From contig CAZTKF010000007.1 in the NCBI GenBank assembly GCA_964614205.1, positions 153 to 64,152 on the forward strand: a stretch of DNA of 64,000 nucleotides. The letters run 5' to 3'. This DNA is from an uncultured Loktanella sp. (GTDB taxonomy: Bacteria; Pseudomonadota; Alphaproteobacteria; Rhodobacterales; Rhodobacteraceae). Below are positions 18,449-27,858 of this stretch, one piece after another. Position numbers and translations under genes: made by a program. The notes beneath the pieces were generated by a model, which was not told the DNA's origin, searched no databases, and saw only the letters and a list, made by a program, of their open reading frames with translations. The first letter of the stretch is position 1; every line of letters starts with the position of its first letter.

Positions 18449-20902
18449 CTACGCACGCAGTCGTGCGTTCTCCGGATCCCAGAGCGGCTTATTTTCCGCG
18501 ATAGTTGCTTTATAGCGCGCGCCATAGATGTCAACGTCAACCTTGGTGCCGGGGATAGCCGCATCGGCGCGGATCATGCCCAGCGCGATGGATTTATTCA
18601 CCCGGTAGCCCCAGCCGCCTGATGTGGTTTCCCCCGCCACTTCGTCACCGATCCAGATTGTCGACATGTAGGGTGCATCCGCAGGGCCCGGCTCATCCAG
18701 TGTCAGCGTGACAAACTTCTTGGCCACACCGCTCTGCTTTTCTGCCAAGAGAGCGGCCTTTCCGGGGAAATCTTGTGCCTTGTCGAACTTGATGAACCGT
18801 TCCAGCCCGCCTTCAAGCAATGAATAATCCGTGCTGAGATCGCCCTTCCACGCGCGATACCCCTTTTCAAGGCGCAGCGCGTTCAGGGCAAACATGCCGA
18901 ACGGTACGGCACCGCCAGACAGCACGGCATCATAAAGCGCAGGCATATTCACGTTCGCGGCGTGGATCTCCCAGCCCAGTTCACCGGCAAAGCTCACGCG
19001 GGCCAAGGCACAGTCAATACCTGCAACCGATGCAGGTTGATGGCTGAGCCATCCTGCGGAAAGGTCGGCCTCGGTTCCGATGTTTTCGAACAATTCACGT
19101 GCTTTGGGTCCTGTAACGATTAGCGTGGAATACTCCTTGGTATGATCGGTCAATGTCAGCCCGTCCGGTAGAGCACTGGCCAATACCTCATAGTCATGCC
19201 ACTGCGCCGCTGCCGCGGTGATCAGGGTAAAGCGATCCTTTCCGTGGTTCATCACCGACATTTCTGTCAGAATGCGCCCGCGGTCATCCGCGAAGTAGGC
19301 AAGATTCATGCGGCCTGCGGGTGGCAGGGCCCCCGCAATCCGGCTCAGAAGCCAGTCTGCCGCGCCTTCGCCCGACAGATTGAAACGGGAGAAACCGGGG
19401 AGGTCCAGCACGCCCACGCTATCGCGTACCGCTTCGCATTCCTCTTTCACACGCGGCTGCCATGGGCCTTCACGTTCCCAAGTGTGGGTTGCTTCGAGCG
19501 ACGTGTCATCGCCATCCTTGGCGAACCAATTGGCCCGCTCCCAGCCGTTGTAGGCGCCCATCTGGCCACCCAACTTCACGACCTTGTCATGGACCGGCGA
19601 TAGCTTCTTGTCGCGTCCTGCGGGCCATTCGTGGTGCGGGAAGTGCATCGCGTATTCGTGTCCGTAGACCTCCATCGCCTTGGCGAGACAATAGTCCTGA
19701 TCGGTGTAATCGGTATAGCGTCGCGGATCGCAGGCCCACATATCCCATTCGGTCTGACCATCGACGATCCATTCCGCTGCAACTTTACCAGCCCCGCCAC
19801 CTTGGGTGATGCCGAAGGTAAAGACACAGACCTCGAACGCGTTCTTCACGCCCGGCATCGGCCCGAGCAAGGGCAAGCCGTCAGGAGCGTAAGGGATCGG
19901 GCCGTTGATCACGCGGCCTACACCAGCGGTGCCAAGGATCGGCACGCGGGCCATCGCATCCTCGATATACCACTCCAGCCGTTCCAGATCATCAGGGTAA
20001 AGCTGGAAGCTGAAGTCCTCGGGTTGCGGGTCATCGGGTGTAACCCAATGGGCTTTGCAGTTGCGCTCGTAGGGGCCAAGGTTCAGCCCGTTCTTGTCCT
20101 GCCGCAGATAATAGGAACTGTCCACATCGCGCAACAGCGGCACCTTGTGTCCGTGTTGTTCGGTCCATTCCTTCAACGCTGGAATTTCCTCTGTCAGAAA
20201 GAACTGGTGCGACATCGTCACCATCGGCACAGTGCGCCCTCCATAGGGTTTGAACCATTCGCCGACGCGCTGGGCGTAATAGCCTGCTGCGTTCACGACC
20301 TTTTCGCAGTCGATATCACCCTTTTCGGTATGCACGGTCCATGTGCCGTTGGGGTGCTGGGTCACGCCAGTCGCGCTGCAAAAGCGTTCAATCTTTGCAC
20401 CCATCTGACGGGCGCCCTTGGCCAGCGCCTGCGTCAACTGGGCGGGGTCGATATCGCCATCGTCGGGGTCATAGAGCGCGCCTTCCAGATCATGGGTCTC
20501 TAGAAACGGGTACATGTCTTTTGCTTCATCAGGGGTCAAAAGTCTGAGGTTCAGACCCTGATAGTTGCCCATCCCCATGGCACGCGCGAATTCCTGCATA
20601 CGTTCTTTGGAATGCGCCAGACGGATTGAGCCTGTGACGTGGTAATTCATCGGGTAGTCAACTTCTTTCGCCAGCCCTTTGTAGAGCCCCAGCGAATAGC
20701 GCTGCATGTTCATCACGGCCCATGAGGTGCTGAACGAAGGGCAGTTCCCTGCCGCATGCCAAGTAGAGCCTGCGGTCAATTCGTTCTTTTCCAGCAGAAC
20801 ACAGTCGGTCCAGCCTTTCTTAGCCAGATGGTAAAGGGTCGACACGCCGACGACGCCGCCTCCAATGATCACAACACGCGCAGTGGTTGGGAAATCAGCC
20901 AT
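18449..20902 (-). CDS. second FAD-dependent oxidoreductase + GcvT domain protein (sarcosine/dimethylglycine dehydrogenase family paralog)
   Basis: VVIIGGGVVGVSTLYHL, AGSTWHAAGN, and a C-terminal GcvT-like domain; 817 aa. GAGGAAA SD. Confidence 0.8.
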   Translation of the reverse strand: MADFPTTARVVIIGGGVVGVSTLYHLAKKGWTDCVLLEKNELTAGSTWHAAGNCPSFSTSWAVMNMQRYSLGLYKGLAKEVDYPMNYHVTGSIRLAHSKERMQEFARAMGMGNYQGLNLRLLTPDEAKDMYPFLETHDLEGALYDPDDGDIDPAQLTQALAKGARQMGAKIERFCSATGVTQHPNGTWTVHTEKGDIDCEKVVNAAGYYAQRVGEWFKPYGGRTVPMVTMSHQFFLTEEIPALKEWTEQHGHKVPLLRDVDSSYYLRQDKNGLNLGPYERNCKAHWVTPDDPQPEDFSFQLYPDDLERLEWYIEDAMARVPILGTAGVGRVINGPIPYAPDGLPLLGPMPGVKNAFEVCVFTFGITQGGGAGKVAAEWIVDGQTEWDMWACDPRRYTDYTDQDYCLAKAMEVYGHEYAMHFPHHEWPAGRDKKLSPVHDKVVKLGGQMGAYNGWERANWFAKDGDDTSLEATHTWEREGPWQPRVKEECEAVRDSVGVLDLPGFSRFNLSGEGAADWLLSRIAGALPPAGRMNLAYFADDRGRILTEMSVMNHGKDRFTLITAAAAQWHDYEVLASALPDGLTLTDHTKEYSTLIVTGPKARELFENIGTEADLSAGWLSHQPASVAGIDCALARVSFAGELGWEIHAANVNMPALYDAVLSGGAVPFGMFALNALRLEKGYRAWKGDLSTDYSLLEGGLERFIKFDKAQDFPGKAALLAEKQSGVAKKFVTLTLDEPGPADAPYMSTIWIGDEVAGETTSGGWGYRVNKSIALGMIRADAAIPGTKVDVDIYGARYKATIAENKPLWDPENARLRA

Positions 20903-20916
20903 ATCGTTTGTTTCCT

Positions 20917-21300
20917 CTAGTCAGGGATGTGCGGCGCATCATCCGGGATGGTGTAATAATCGCCGGCATCGGCGGTAAAGATATGTCTAGCAGGGGTCAT
21001 CGCCGTGGGCAGGTCAAGGCAACCTGCGGCAATGCCTAGGTGATTTGCGCCAATTGGCTGGTAAAACAGGCTCGATCCACAGATTTTGCAGAATCCGCGG
21101 CGCGCGTCGTCCGAAGACTGGTACCATGCCAACCCGTCTTGCGCGGTGAACGCAATATCTGCGTTGTCCGCGCGGGTCGCAGCCCAGTAATGCCCGCTGG
21201 TGCGACGACATTGGCTACAGTGGCAGAAGGTGACCGTGTCACGCAGGTTTGCCACTTGAAAAGCGACTGCCCCACATTCGCATCTGCCTTGATGTGTCAT
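20917..21300 (-). CDS. GFA (glutathione-dependent formaldehyde-activating / CENP-V) family protein
   Basis: CECGAV...CHCSQCRR...C.ICGS cysteine pattern. ATG 21300 (MTHQGRCECG) is preferred over the longer ORF-track start. Confidence 0.8.
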   Translation of the reverse strand: MTHQGRCECGAVAFQVANLRDTVTFCHCSQCRRTSGHYWAATRADNADIAFTAQDGLAWYQSSDDARRGFCKICGSSLFYQPIGANHLGIAAGCLDLPTAMTPARHIFTADAGDYYTIPDDAPHIPD

Positions 21301-21308
21301 GGCGGCCC

Positions 21309-21875
21309 TTAATAGATCGGTGGGGCAATTACCCATACGATTTCGCAGGGTATGTCGTGGCGGTTCCACCATTGAAATTCTTCACCGCGCAGGCGGAAAC
21401 TGTCTCCGGCCTTCAGGCTGAACCGCTTGCCATCCAGGGCAATTTCAAACTGGCCACTGACAATGTAACATACCTCTTGGGTTGGCCGGGTCAGCGGCTC
21501 CTTCAGGCGCGAATGCGGGGCAAAGGTGGAAAGGATGACTTCGAAATCATCTGTCAGATCCGGTGAAAGCAGGGCCTCACTCAGGCCTTCGGTGCGGCTT
21601 CCGATGGGCCTGCGTGCGTCCGCCCGCACGATCCGCCCTTCTTCTTCAGGGGTGGTGCCGACCTGAAGGAAGCTGGAAAATGATACATCCAAGGCCTCTG
21701 CGATCCGGCTAAGGTCGGAAATCGCCGGATGCGACTTGTCGCGCTCGACCTGACTGAGCCATCCCACTGAACGCCCAAGCACATCTGCAAGATCAACCAG
21801 TGTCATCTTGCGGGCTTTGCGCAGGGAACGGATATCAGCACCCAGCGAAGAAACTGTAATGCGATCATCACGCAT
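21309..21875 (-). CDS. XRE-family transcriptional regulator with C-terminal cupin domain
   Basis: HTH IRSLRKARKMTLVDLADVLGRSVGWLSQVERDK followed by a cupin-like beta region. Confidence 0.8.
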   Translation of the reverse strand: MRDDRITVSSLGADIRSLRKARKMTLVDLADVLGRSVGWLSQVERDKSHPAISDLSRIAEALDVSFSSFLQVGTTPEEEGRIVRADARRPIGSRTEGLSEALLSPDLTDDFEVILSTFAPHSRLKEPLTRPTQEVCYIVSGQFEIALDGKRFSLKAGDSFRLRGEEFQWWNRHDIPCEIVWVIAPPIY

Positions 21876-21964
21876 GGATGAACTGCGAAAGTTTCATATT
21901 TGTGCTCCTTGCAAATTCACCAGACGGTTTCATCTTTCGATTGTGCAAGAGTGCCATCGCAAGA

Positions 21965-22417
21965 TCATTTTTCAAAGACCATTCGCAGCATGTCTTGCAG
22001 GTGCAAGACGTCCTCTTGCGTAAAGATGTCCGGCTGGTCGCTATCGATATCAAAAACACCAATAAGCCTGCCTTCGCGGTTAAGAACCGGCAGAACCAAT
22101 TCCGATTGCGTGCTGCTGGCACAGGCTATGTGATCGGGAAATGCATGTACGTCCGGCACCAGCTGCGCTTTGCCTGTGCGTGCGGCCGCCCCGCAAACAC
22201 CTCTGCTGAAGGGGATCACCAGACAACCATGACCACCCTGATACGGTCCGATCTTCAAGAGTTCGGGGGCAGTCACGCGATAGAAGCCAGTCCAGTCAAA
22301 GCGGTCGTCACTGTGATGAACCTCGCAGGCGACGGTCGCCATCAGGGCGATTTCATCGTCTTCGCCTTCGGTGAGGGCGGCGATTCTCTTGTGCAAATCG
22401 GCGTAGTTCACGCGCAT
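21965..22417 (-). CDS. GAF domain protein (free methionine-R-sulfoxide reductase-like)
   Basis: 150 aa with WTGFYRV and GHGCLVIPFSRGVCG...LVPDVHAFPDHIACASSTQSELVLPV, which resemble the fRMsr/YebR family. Confidence 0.7.
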   Translation of the reverse strand: MRVNYADLHKRIAALTEGEDDEIALMATVACEVHHSDDRFDWTGFYRVTAPELLKIGPYQGGHGCLVIPFSRGVCGAAARTGKAQLVPDVHAFPDHIACASSTQSELVLPVLNREGRLIGVFDIDSDQPDIFTQEDVLHLQDMLRMVFEK

Positions 22418-22421
22418 TGCG

Positions 22422-23480
22422 TCAGTCTCCTTCCTTGGCGGCTACGGACAATACGATCTTTCCAGTATAGCTCTTGTCGGCAAAGGCGGCTTGTGCGGCT
22501 TTGATCTCACACAGTGGAAAGACAGCCGCAACCAAGGGCTTGATTGCCGCGCTCTCGATCCGTTTGACCAGATTGCCGAACACCTCCGGCTCGAGCACGG
22601 TGCAGCCAAAGAAACGTAAGTCCTTCAGGTAGAGCGTGCGCAGATCGAGCGACACGATCGGCCCACCAACTGCACCGGAGACCGCATAGCGCCCCTTGGG
22701 CCGCAACACATCCAGCAGACCGGGCCACTTGTCGCCGCCAACCAGATCAAGCACCACATCCACGCTATTGCGGCCGAGGGCCTGCACAAGGTCAGCATCG
22801 CGGCTAATGATGATGTCGGCACCAAGATCGCGCAGCGATTGCGACTTAGGGGCGCTGGTGACGACTGCAACATGCGCCCCGCGCGCTTTGGCCAGTTGTA
22901 GCGCCGCCGAGCCCACGCCGCCCGACGCCCCGGTAATCAGAACTGTTTCGCCCTGCAGCAAGTTCGTCCGTGTCAGCATGTTTTCGGCAGTGGAATAAGA
23001 GCATGGGAATGACGCAAGCTCTATATCACTCAGGCTGGTTTCGACCCGGTAGGCGTGCCGCGCCGCAACCGTGCAATATTTCGCAAAACCACCATCGCAC
23101 TCAGACCCCAGAAACCACGGCGGATCGCGCATCTCGCCTCTCGCCTCGGTCAGGCAGGGCTCCACCAGCACCCGCTCTCCGATCCGGGCGCTATCGACAT
23201 CCGCACCAACCGCCACAATGTGTCCGCAGACGTCGATTCCCTGAATGCGCGGCAAATGCAGGGCTTCACCGGTCCAACCGGCATCAGCGGCATCGTTGTC
23301 GCCCTTGGAATACCAACCGACACGCGTGTTGATATCCGTATTGTTGACACCAGCGGCGGCAACGCGGATCAGTACCTCGCCTGTCATCGGTACCGGCCTT
23401 GGCAAATCCTCGCGCCACACCAGGCACTCCGGTCCGCCATGGCCCGTCAGCGCGACGCCATGCATCGTTTGACGCTTCAT
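22422..23480 (-). CDS. MDR-family zinc-binding dehydrogenase / quinone oxidoreductase
   Basis: AAAGVNNTDINTR and ITGASGGVGSAALQLAKARGA. Confidence 0.75.
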   Translation of the reverse strand: MKRQTMHGVALTGHGGPECLVWREDLPRPVPMTGEVLIRVAAAGVNNTDINTRVGWYSKGDNDAADAGWTGEALHLPRIQGIDVCGHIVAVGADVDSARIGERVLVEPCLTEARGEMRDPPWFLGSECDGGFAKYCTVAARHAYRVETSLSDIELASFPCSYSTAENMLTRTNLLQGETVLITGASGGVGSAALQLAKARGAHVAVVTSAPKSQSLRDLGADIIISRDADLVQALGRNSVDVVLDLVGGDKWPGLLDVLRPKGRYAVSGAVGGPIVSLDLRTLYLKDLRFFGCTVLEPEVFGNLVKRIESAAIKPLVAAVFPLCEIKAAQAAFADKSYTGKIVLSVAAKEGD

Positions 23481-23492
23481 ACGGCGGCTTCC

Positions 23493-24647
23493 CTATACCC
23501 GCTCAATCGCGATGGCCGTGCCCTCGCCACCACCGATACAGATCGCCGCAACGCCACGTTTCAATCCACGCGTTTCCAGAGCATTCAGCAATGTCACGAT
23601 AATGCGGGTGCCTGATGCCCCGATGGGATGGCCCAAGGCACAAGCGCCGCCATTCACGTTGACGATGTCGCGGCCAATGTGCATTTCCTGCATGAAAGCC
23701 ATCGGGACAACGGCGAAAGCTTCGTTGACTTCCCACAGGTCCACATCGTCGACGTCCCAGCCGATCTTGGCCAACAGCTTTTGTGCGGCAGGCACGGGCG
23801 CTGTCGTAAACCACGCCGGCGCCTGCGCATGGCTGGCATGGCCCACGATCCGCGCGCGGGCGTTCGCCCCGTCAGCGGACAAGACCAGCGCTGCCGCGCC
23901 ATCTGAGATGCTCGATGCATTCGCCGCAGTCACTGTGCCATCCGGACGGAACGCAGGCCTGAGCGTCGGTATCTTTTCTGGTCGGGCCTTGCCGGGTTGT
24001 TCATCACGGGTGATCATCTCTTCACCGGTGCGGGCATGGACGGTGACAGGGGTGATCTCTGCATCAAACGCGCCCGAGCGTTCCGCCTCAAGAGCATTGG
24101 ACAGTGATGCAATCGCGTACTGGTCCTGCGCCTCGCGGGTGAACTGATACTTTTCGGCGCAATCCTCGGCAAAGGTGCCCATCAGCCGGCCCTTGTCGTA
24201 GGCATCCTCCAAGCCATCCAGAAACATACTATCGATCACGGACTGATGGCCAATCCGTGCACCTGCCCGCATCTTGGGCATCAGATAGGGGGCCTTGGTC
24301 ATGCTCTCCATCCCGCCGGTCACCATCGCCTCGGCCCCACCCAAGGCAATCTGGTCAAACCCCATCATCGTGGTTTTCATGCCCGAGCCACACATCTTGT
24401 TGACGGTTGTCGCTGGCACACTTTCATCCAGCCCGGCACGAAAGGCCGCCTGACGCGCAGGGGCCTGCCCTTGCCCGGCGGGCAAGACGCAGCCCATCAG
24501 CACCTCGTCCACGGTTCGCAGCCCTGCTCCGGCCAGAGCAGCCCTGATCGCCGCACCGCCCAATGCAGGCGCATCGACTTCGGCAAAGACCCCCTGAAAC
24601 CCGCCCATGGGCGTGCGGGCAGCGCCCGAAATGAATACATCGCGCAT
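23493..24647 (-). CDS. acetyl-CoA C-acyltransferase (thiolase)
   Basis: ISGAARTPMGGFQG, VNKMCGSGMK (active-site Cys), and C-terminal NGGACALGHPIGASG and CIGGGEG. Confidence 0.9.
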   Translation of the reverse strand: MRDVFISGAARTPMGGFQGVFAEVDAPALGGAAIRAALAGAGLRTVDEVLMGCVLPAGQGQAPARQAAFRAGLDESVPATTVNKMCGSGMKTTMMGFDQIALGGAEAMVTGGMESMTKAPYLMPKMRAGARIGHQSVIDSMFLDGLEDAYDKGRLMGTFAEDCAEKYQFTREAQDQYAIASLSNALEAERSGAFDAEITPVTVHARTGEEMITRDEQPGKARPEKIPTLRPAFRPDGTVTAANASSISDGAAALVLSADGANARARIVGHASHAQAPAWFTTAPVPAAQKLLAKIGWDVDDVDLWEVNEAFAVVPMAFMQEMHIGRDIVNVNGGACALGHPIGASGTRIIVTLLNALETRGLKRGVAAICIGGGEGTAIAIERV

Positions 24648-24774
24648 GATCTGTCCTCCCTTCAGTTCGTATCGACGCTACGCCCGCGCCGCAAAAAGGA
24701 AAAGCCCCCAAACAATGGCGTTGCACAGCGCCACTATTGGTCTAGTTTCCTGACCAAACCACGAAGGATATCCC

Positions 24775-26349
24775 ATGCGCAACTTTCATCATCCGGGCCG
24801 CTCTGCTGTCTACGCAACCAATGGCATGTGTGCTACGTCCCACCCGCTGGCTGCGAAAGTCGCCGTGCAAATGCTGGAATCCGGCGGTAACGCCATGGAC
24901 GCTGCGATTGCCGGGGCGGTTCTGCTGGGCCTGTGCGAGCCGCAGATGACAGGCATCGGTGGTGATTGCTTTGTGCTGATGACACCACCGGGGGAAGACC
25001 GGGTTGTGGCACTCAACGGATCAGGTCGTGCGCCTGCCGGGATTGACGCTGAAAGACTGCGCGCCAAAGGTGGGGTGATCGCGCCCTATTCCGCCGATGC
25101 CGTCAGCATCCCCGGTGCGGTCGATGCCTTCTGCCGCCTCTCCAAGGACTGGGGCAAACTGGGGCTCAAGGCGGTTCTGGCCCCATCCATTCATTACGCC
25201 GAGGCCGGCGTTCCGGTGGCCGAGCGTGTCGCCTCTGACTGGGCGCAGTCGGTGGATAACCTTTCGGGTCACGCCCGCGACCTCTATCTGATAAACGGTG
25301 CCGCCCCCAAAACAGGGCAGGTGTTCCGCGCGCCGGAACAGGCGCAGGTTCTGCGGCGCATTGCCATGGACGGACGCGCCGGGTTCTATGAAGGCGAGGT
25401 TGCCGAAGACATGGTCGCCTCGCTCAACGCGCTGGGCGGCACCCACACGCTCGAGGATTTCGCCAACACCTCGTGCGACTACACCGACCCGATCATGGGC
25501 GGCTATGGCGGGCTCGACCTCTATGAGCATCCACCGAACGGGCAGGGGGCCACGGCAATCCTGCTGCTCAATATCCTCAAACATTTCGACATTGCTGCCA
25601 TGGACCCGTGGGGCGCCGAGCGCGCGCATATCGAGGCCGAAGCAACAAAGCTGGCCTATGATGCGCGCAACCGGTTCCTCTCCGATCCCGCTCATATGAC
25701 GCGGCTAGACTATATGACGTCACCCGACACAGCGGCAAAACTGGCGGCCCTGATTGACCCGAAGAAAGCGATGCCGGCAGGTCTGCCGGGGGCCGAGGCT
25801 GTTCACAAGGACACCATCTACATCACAGTTGTCGACAAGGACCGCATGTGCGTGTCGCTGATCTACTCAATCTTCCATTCGTTCGGATCAGGCATCGCAT
25901 CAGACAAATTTGGCGTGCTGTTCCAGAACCGCGGTGCGGGCTTCACCCTGCAACGAGGTCACCCCAACGAGGTCGGCGGCGGCAAACGCCCGATGCACAC
26001 GATCATCCCCGCCATGCTAAAGAAAGACGGCAAGGTCCACATGCCGTTTGGCGTCATGGGCGGGCAGTACCAGTCCACCGGACACGCACGTTTCGTCACA
26101 AACATCACCGATTTCGGGCTATCGCCACAGGCTGCCATGGACGCGCCGCGTTGTTTTGCGGAAGGCGACGAGTTGCGGGTCGAAGACGGTTACAGCGATG
26201 CGGTCAAAGCCAAACTTGCCGCAATGGGCCACAACGTCGTGCGGCCAGAGACTGCGATCGGGGGATCACAAGCGATCCTGCTGCATGAGGACGGTGTGCT
26301 TGAGGGTGGCAGCGACCCACGCAAAGACGGCTGTGCGCTCGGATACTAA
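24775..26349 (+). CDS. ggt: gamma-glutamyltransferase family protein
   Basis: ATSHPLAAKVAVQMLESGGNAMDAAIA, a DTIYITVVD nucleophile region, and MGGQYQ. Confidence 0.9.
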   Translation: MRNFHHPGRSAVYATNGMCATSHPLAAKVAVQMLESGGNAMDAAIAGAVLLGLCEPQMTGIGGDCFVLMTPPGEDRVVALNGSGRAPAGIDAERLRAKGGVIAPYSADAVSIPGAVDAFCRLSKDWGKLGLKAVLAPSIHYAEAGVPVAERVASDWAQSVDNLSGHARDLYLINGAAPKTGQVFRAPEQAQVLRRIAMDGRAGFYEGEVAEDMVASLNALGGTHTLEDFANTSCDYTDPIMGGYGGLDLYEHPPNGQGATAILLLNILKHFDIAAMDPWGAERAHIEAEATKLAYDARNRFLSDPAHMTRLDYMTSPDTAAKLAALIDPKKAMPAGLPGAEAVHKDTIYITVVDKDRMCVSLIYSIFHSFGSGIASDKFGVLFQNRGAGFTLQRGHPNEVGGGKRPMHTIIPAMLKKDGKVHMPFGVMGGQYQSTGHARFVTNITDFGLSPQAAMDAPRCFAEGDELRVEDGYSDAVKAKLAAMGHNVVRPETAIGGSQAILLHEDGVLEGGSDPRKDGCALGY

Positions 26350-26503
26350 GTGGGGTGATCCTGCTGGTCCGAAGAAGTGGACACACGAAAGGTGATCAGC
26401 CGTTGAGCAAGGCAGCGTCGCCTTTCGAGACCGGACATTGACCAAAATCAAAGGCAGACGTCCAATTGGGTTTTAGGTTTGTGGCAGGAGCAGAGCCAAG
26501 CAG

Positions 26504-26689
26504 ATGAACCTAAAATCCAAACGAAAAGAATTGCAGGGCGTCAATGGCGCGATTGGACTGGTCCTTGGGCTGGGAGGTTTTGTCGGACAGCTCTATGCTC
26601 CGGCATTTGGCGTATTCCTGATGCTAGCGGTGTGGATCGTTGGCGCAACAGTGATCAATCTGCTGACTGACCCACCCGACAGAAAGTAG
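26504..26689 (+). CDS. possible small two-TM membrane protein
   Basis: 61-aa ORF with two hydrophobic segments in an otherwise empty 400-nt gap. The SD is weak and no homology was recognised. Confidence 0.3.
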   Translation: MNLKSKRKELQGVNGAIGLVLGLGGFVGQLYAPAFGVFLMLAVWIVGATVINLLTDPPDRK

Positions 26690-26750
26690 AGGGTGCTGTC
26701 ACAAAGCTTTCTAGCTTGCTCTTGTCACAAACTGTGTCGGGTGTTCAGGA

Positions 26751-27143
26751 TTACCGCGCCCTGAGCGACCGTAAGAACAGCCCGATCCCGCCAACCAGCA
26801 GAACCAATATCACGATCAGGTCAAAGGCGCTCATCCGAGCCAGTTGCAGCGTCATGTTTGCGATCACGCCGAACACCAGTGCGACCAGCGACGCGCCCGC
26901 GATGCCCCATCCGATCCAACTGCGCGCATTGTAGAAAATCATACCGACGCCAAACATAAATGGGATCAGGATCATACCCGAGGTGATCGGCATGCCGCCG
27001 ATCCCGAAAACGCGGCTGCCCAGCCCGAAGTTCGGACGCACCACAATCCCGTTCAACAACAGATAGCCGCCGCCCACCATCATGATCAGACCGATCAGAA
27101 AGCTGCCGGTCCCACCATCACTGCCGCCTGCGCCTCGTGCCAT
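26751..27143 (-). CDS. hypothetical integral membrane protein (about 4 TM)
   Basis: 130 aa, Gly-rich hydrophobic helices, no competing ORF. Confidence 0.55.
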   Translation of the reverse strand: MARGAGGSDGGTGSFLIGLIMMVGGGYLLLNGIVVRPNFGLGSRVFGIGGMPITSGMILIPFMFGVGMIFYNARSWIGWGIAGASLVALVFGVIANMTLQLARMSAFDLIVILVLLVGGIGLFLRSLRAR

Positions 27144-27210
27144 CTATGTCTCCAGTTTCTCACCTAGGGCCTTTTATCCGGCATACGGTTGTACGTACAG
27201 CTTCTGTATA

Positions 27211-27741
27211 TCAAATACGGGCCTTCAGCGCTTCCATCAACTCGGTCAGCAGTTTGATATAGATTCCGCCCGTCAGCTTGCCGCTCTCATCGAATTCCTT
27301 GCTGGAATTCGCAACCAGAACCTCGGGTCCCTGAAGAATGTCAGGGCGAAACGGCATCATCATTAAGCGCAGTGCGAATTGTGTCCGTTCCCCCCCTGCG
27401 CGGCCTCCGGCGGCGGACATGATGGCGACGGGTTTATCCTTCCAGGGGTTGCCCTCGGTCCGGCTGACCCAGTCAAGAGCGTTCTTGAGCGCGCCTGACG
27501 GGGCTTTGTTGTACTCCGGGGTCGAGATGATGACAGCATCCGCCGCGGCAATCTGCTCTGCCAGCGCCTGTACCTTGGCTGGAATGCCGTGGGCGTCTTC
27601 CACATCTCCGTTGTAGAGAAGCAAGTCTATATCGGCGAACTCAAATCTATCGGCATCGAAAATCTCTGCCGCATTGCGGACCAGAAGTGTGTTTGTCGAT
27701 GCTTTGCGGAGCGAGCCGGAAATACCAAGTAGCGTTGTCAT
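27211..27741 (-). CDS. NAD(P)H-dependent FMN reductase family oxidoreductase
   Basis: LGISGSLRKASTNT and TPEYNKAPSGALKNALDW motifs. Confidence 0.8.
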   Translation of the reverse strand: MTTLLGISGSLRKASTNTLLVRNAAEIFDADRFEFADIDLLLYNGDVEDAHGIPAKVQALAEQIAAADAVIISTPEYNKAPSGALKNALDWVSRTEGNPWKDKPVAIMSAAGGRAGGERTQFALRLMMMPFRPDILQGPEVLVANSSKEFDESGKLTGGIYIKLLTELMEALKARI

Positions 27742-27858
27742 CGTTCATCCTTTTATCTGCTTGCCGGACAGCTAGTTTCTTATGCCGAATGTGCAACCGC
27801 AGGCCTTGCACAGGGCATGTGCATGGCACATTGTAGCCCTGAAATCAGGGAGGCGGTC

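Noticed and set aside
27395-27425. GCCTCCGGCGGCGGACATGATGG inside the FMN reductase gene, as a possible sixth repeat copy
   Set aside because: Only 11 nt match the repeat core and the T-run and tail are missing. It is compatible with chance in Gly/Ala codons.
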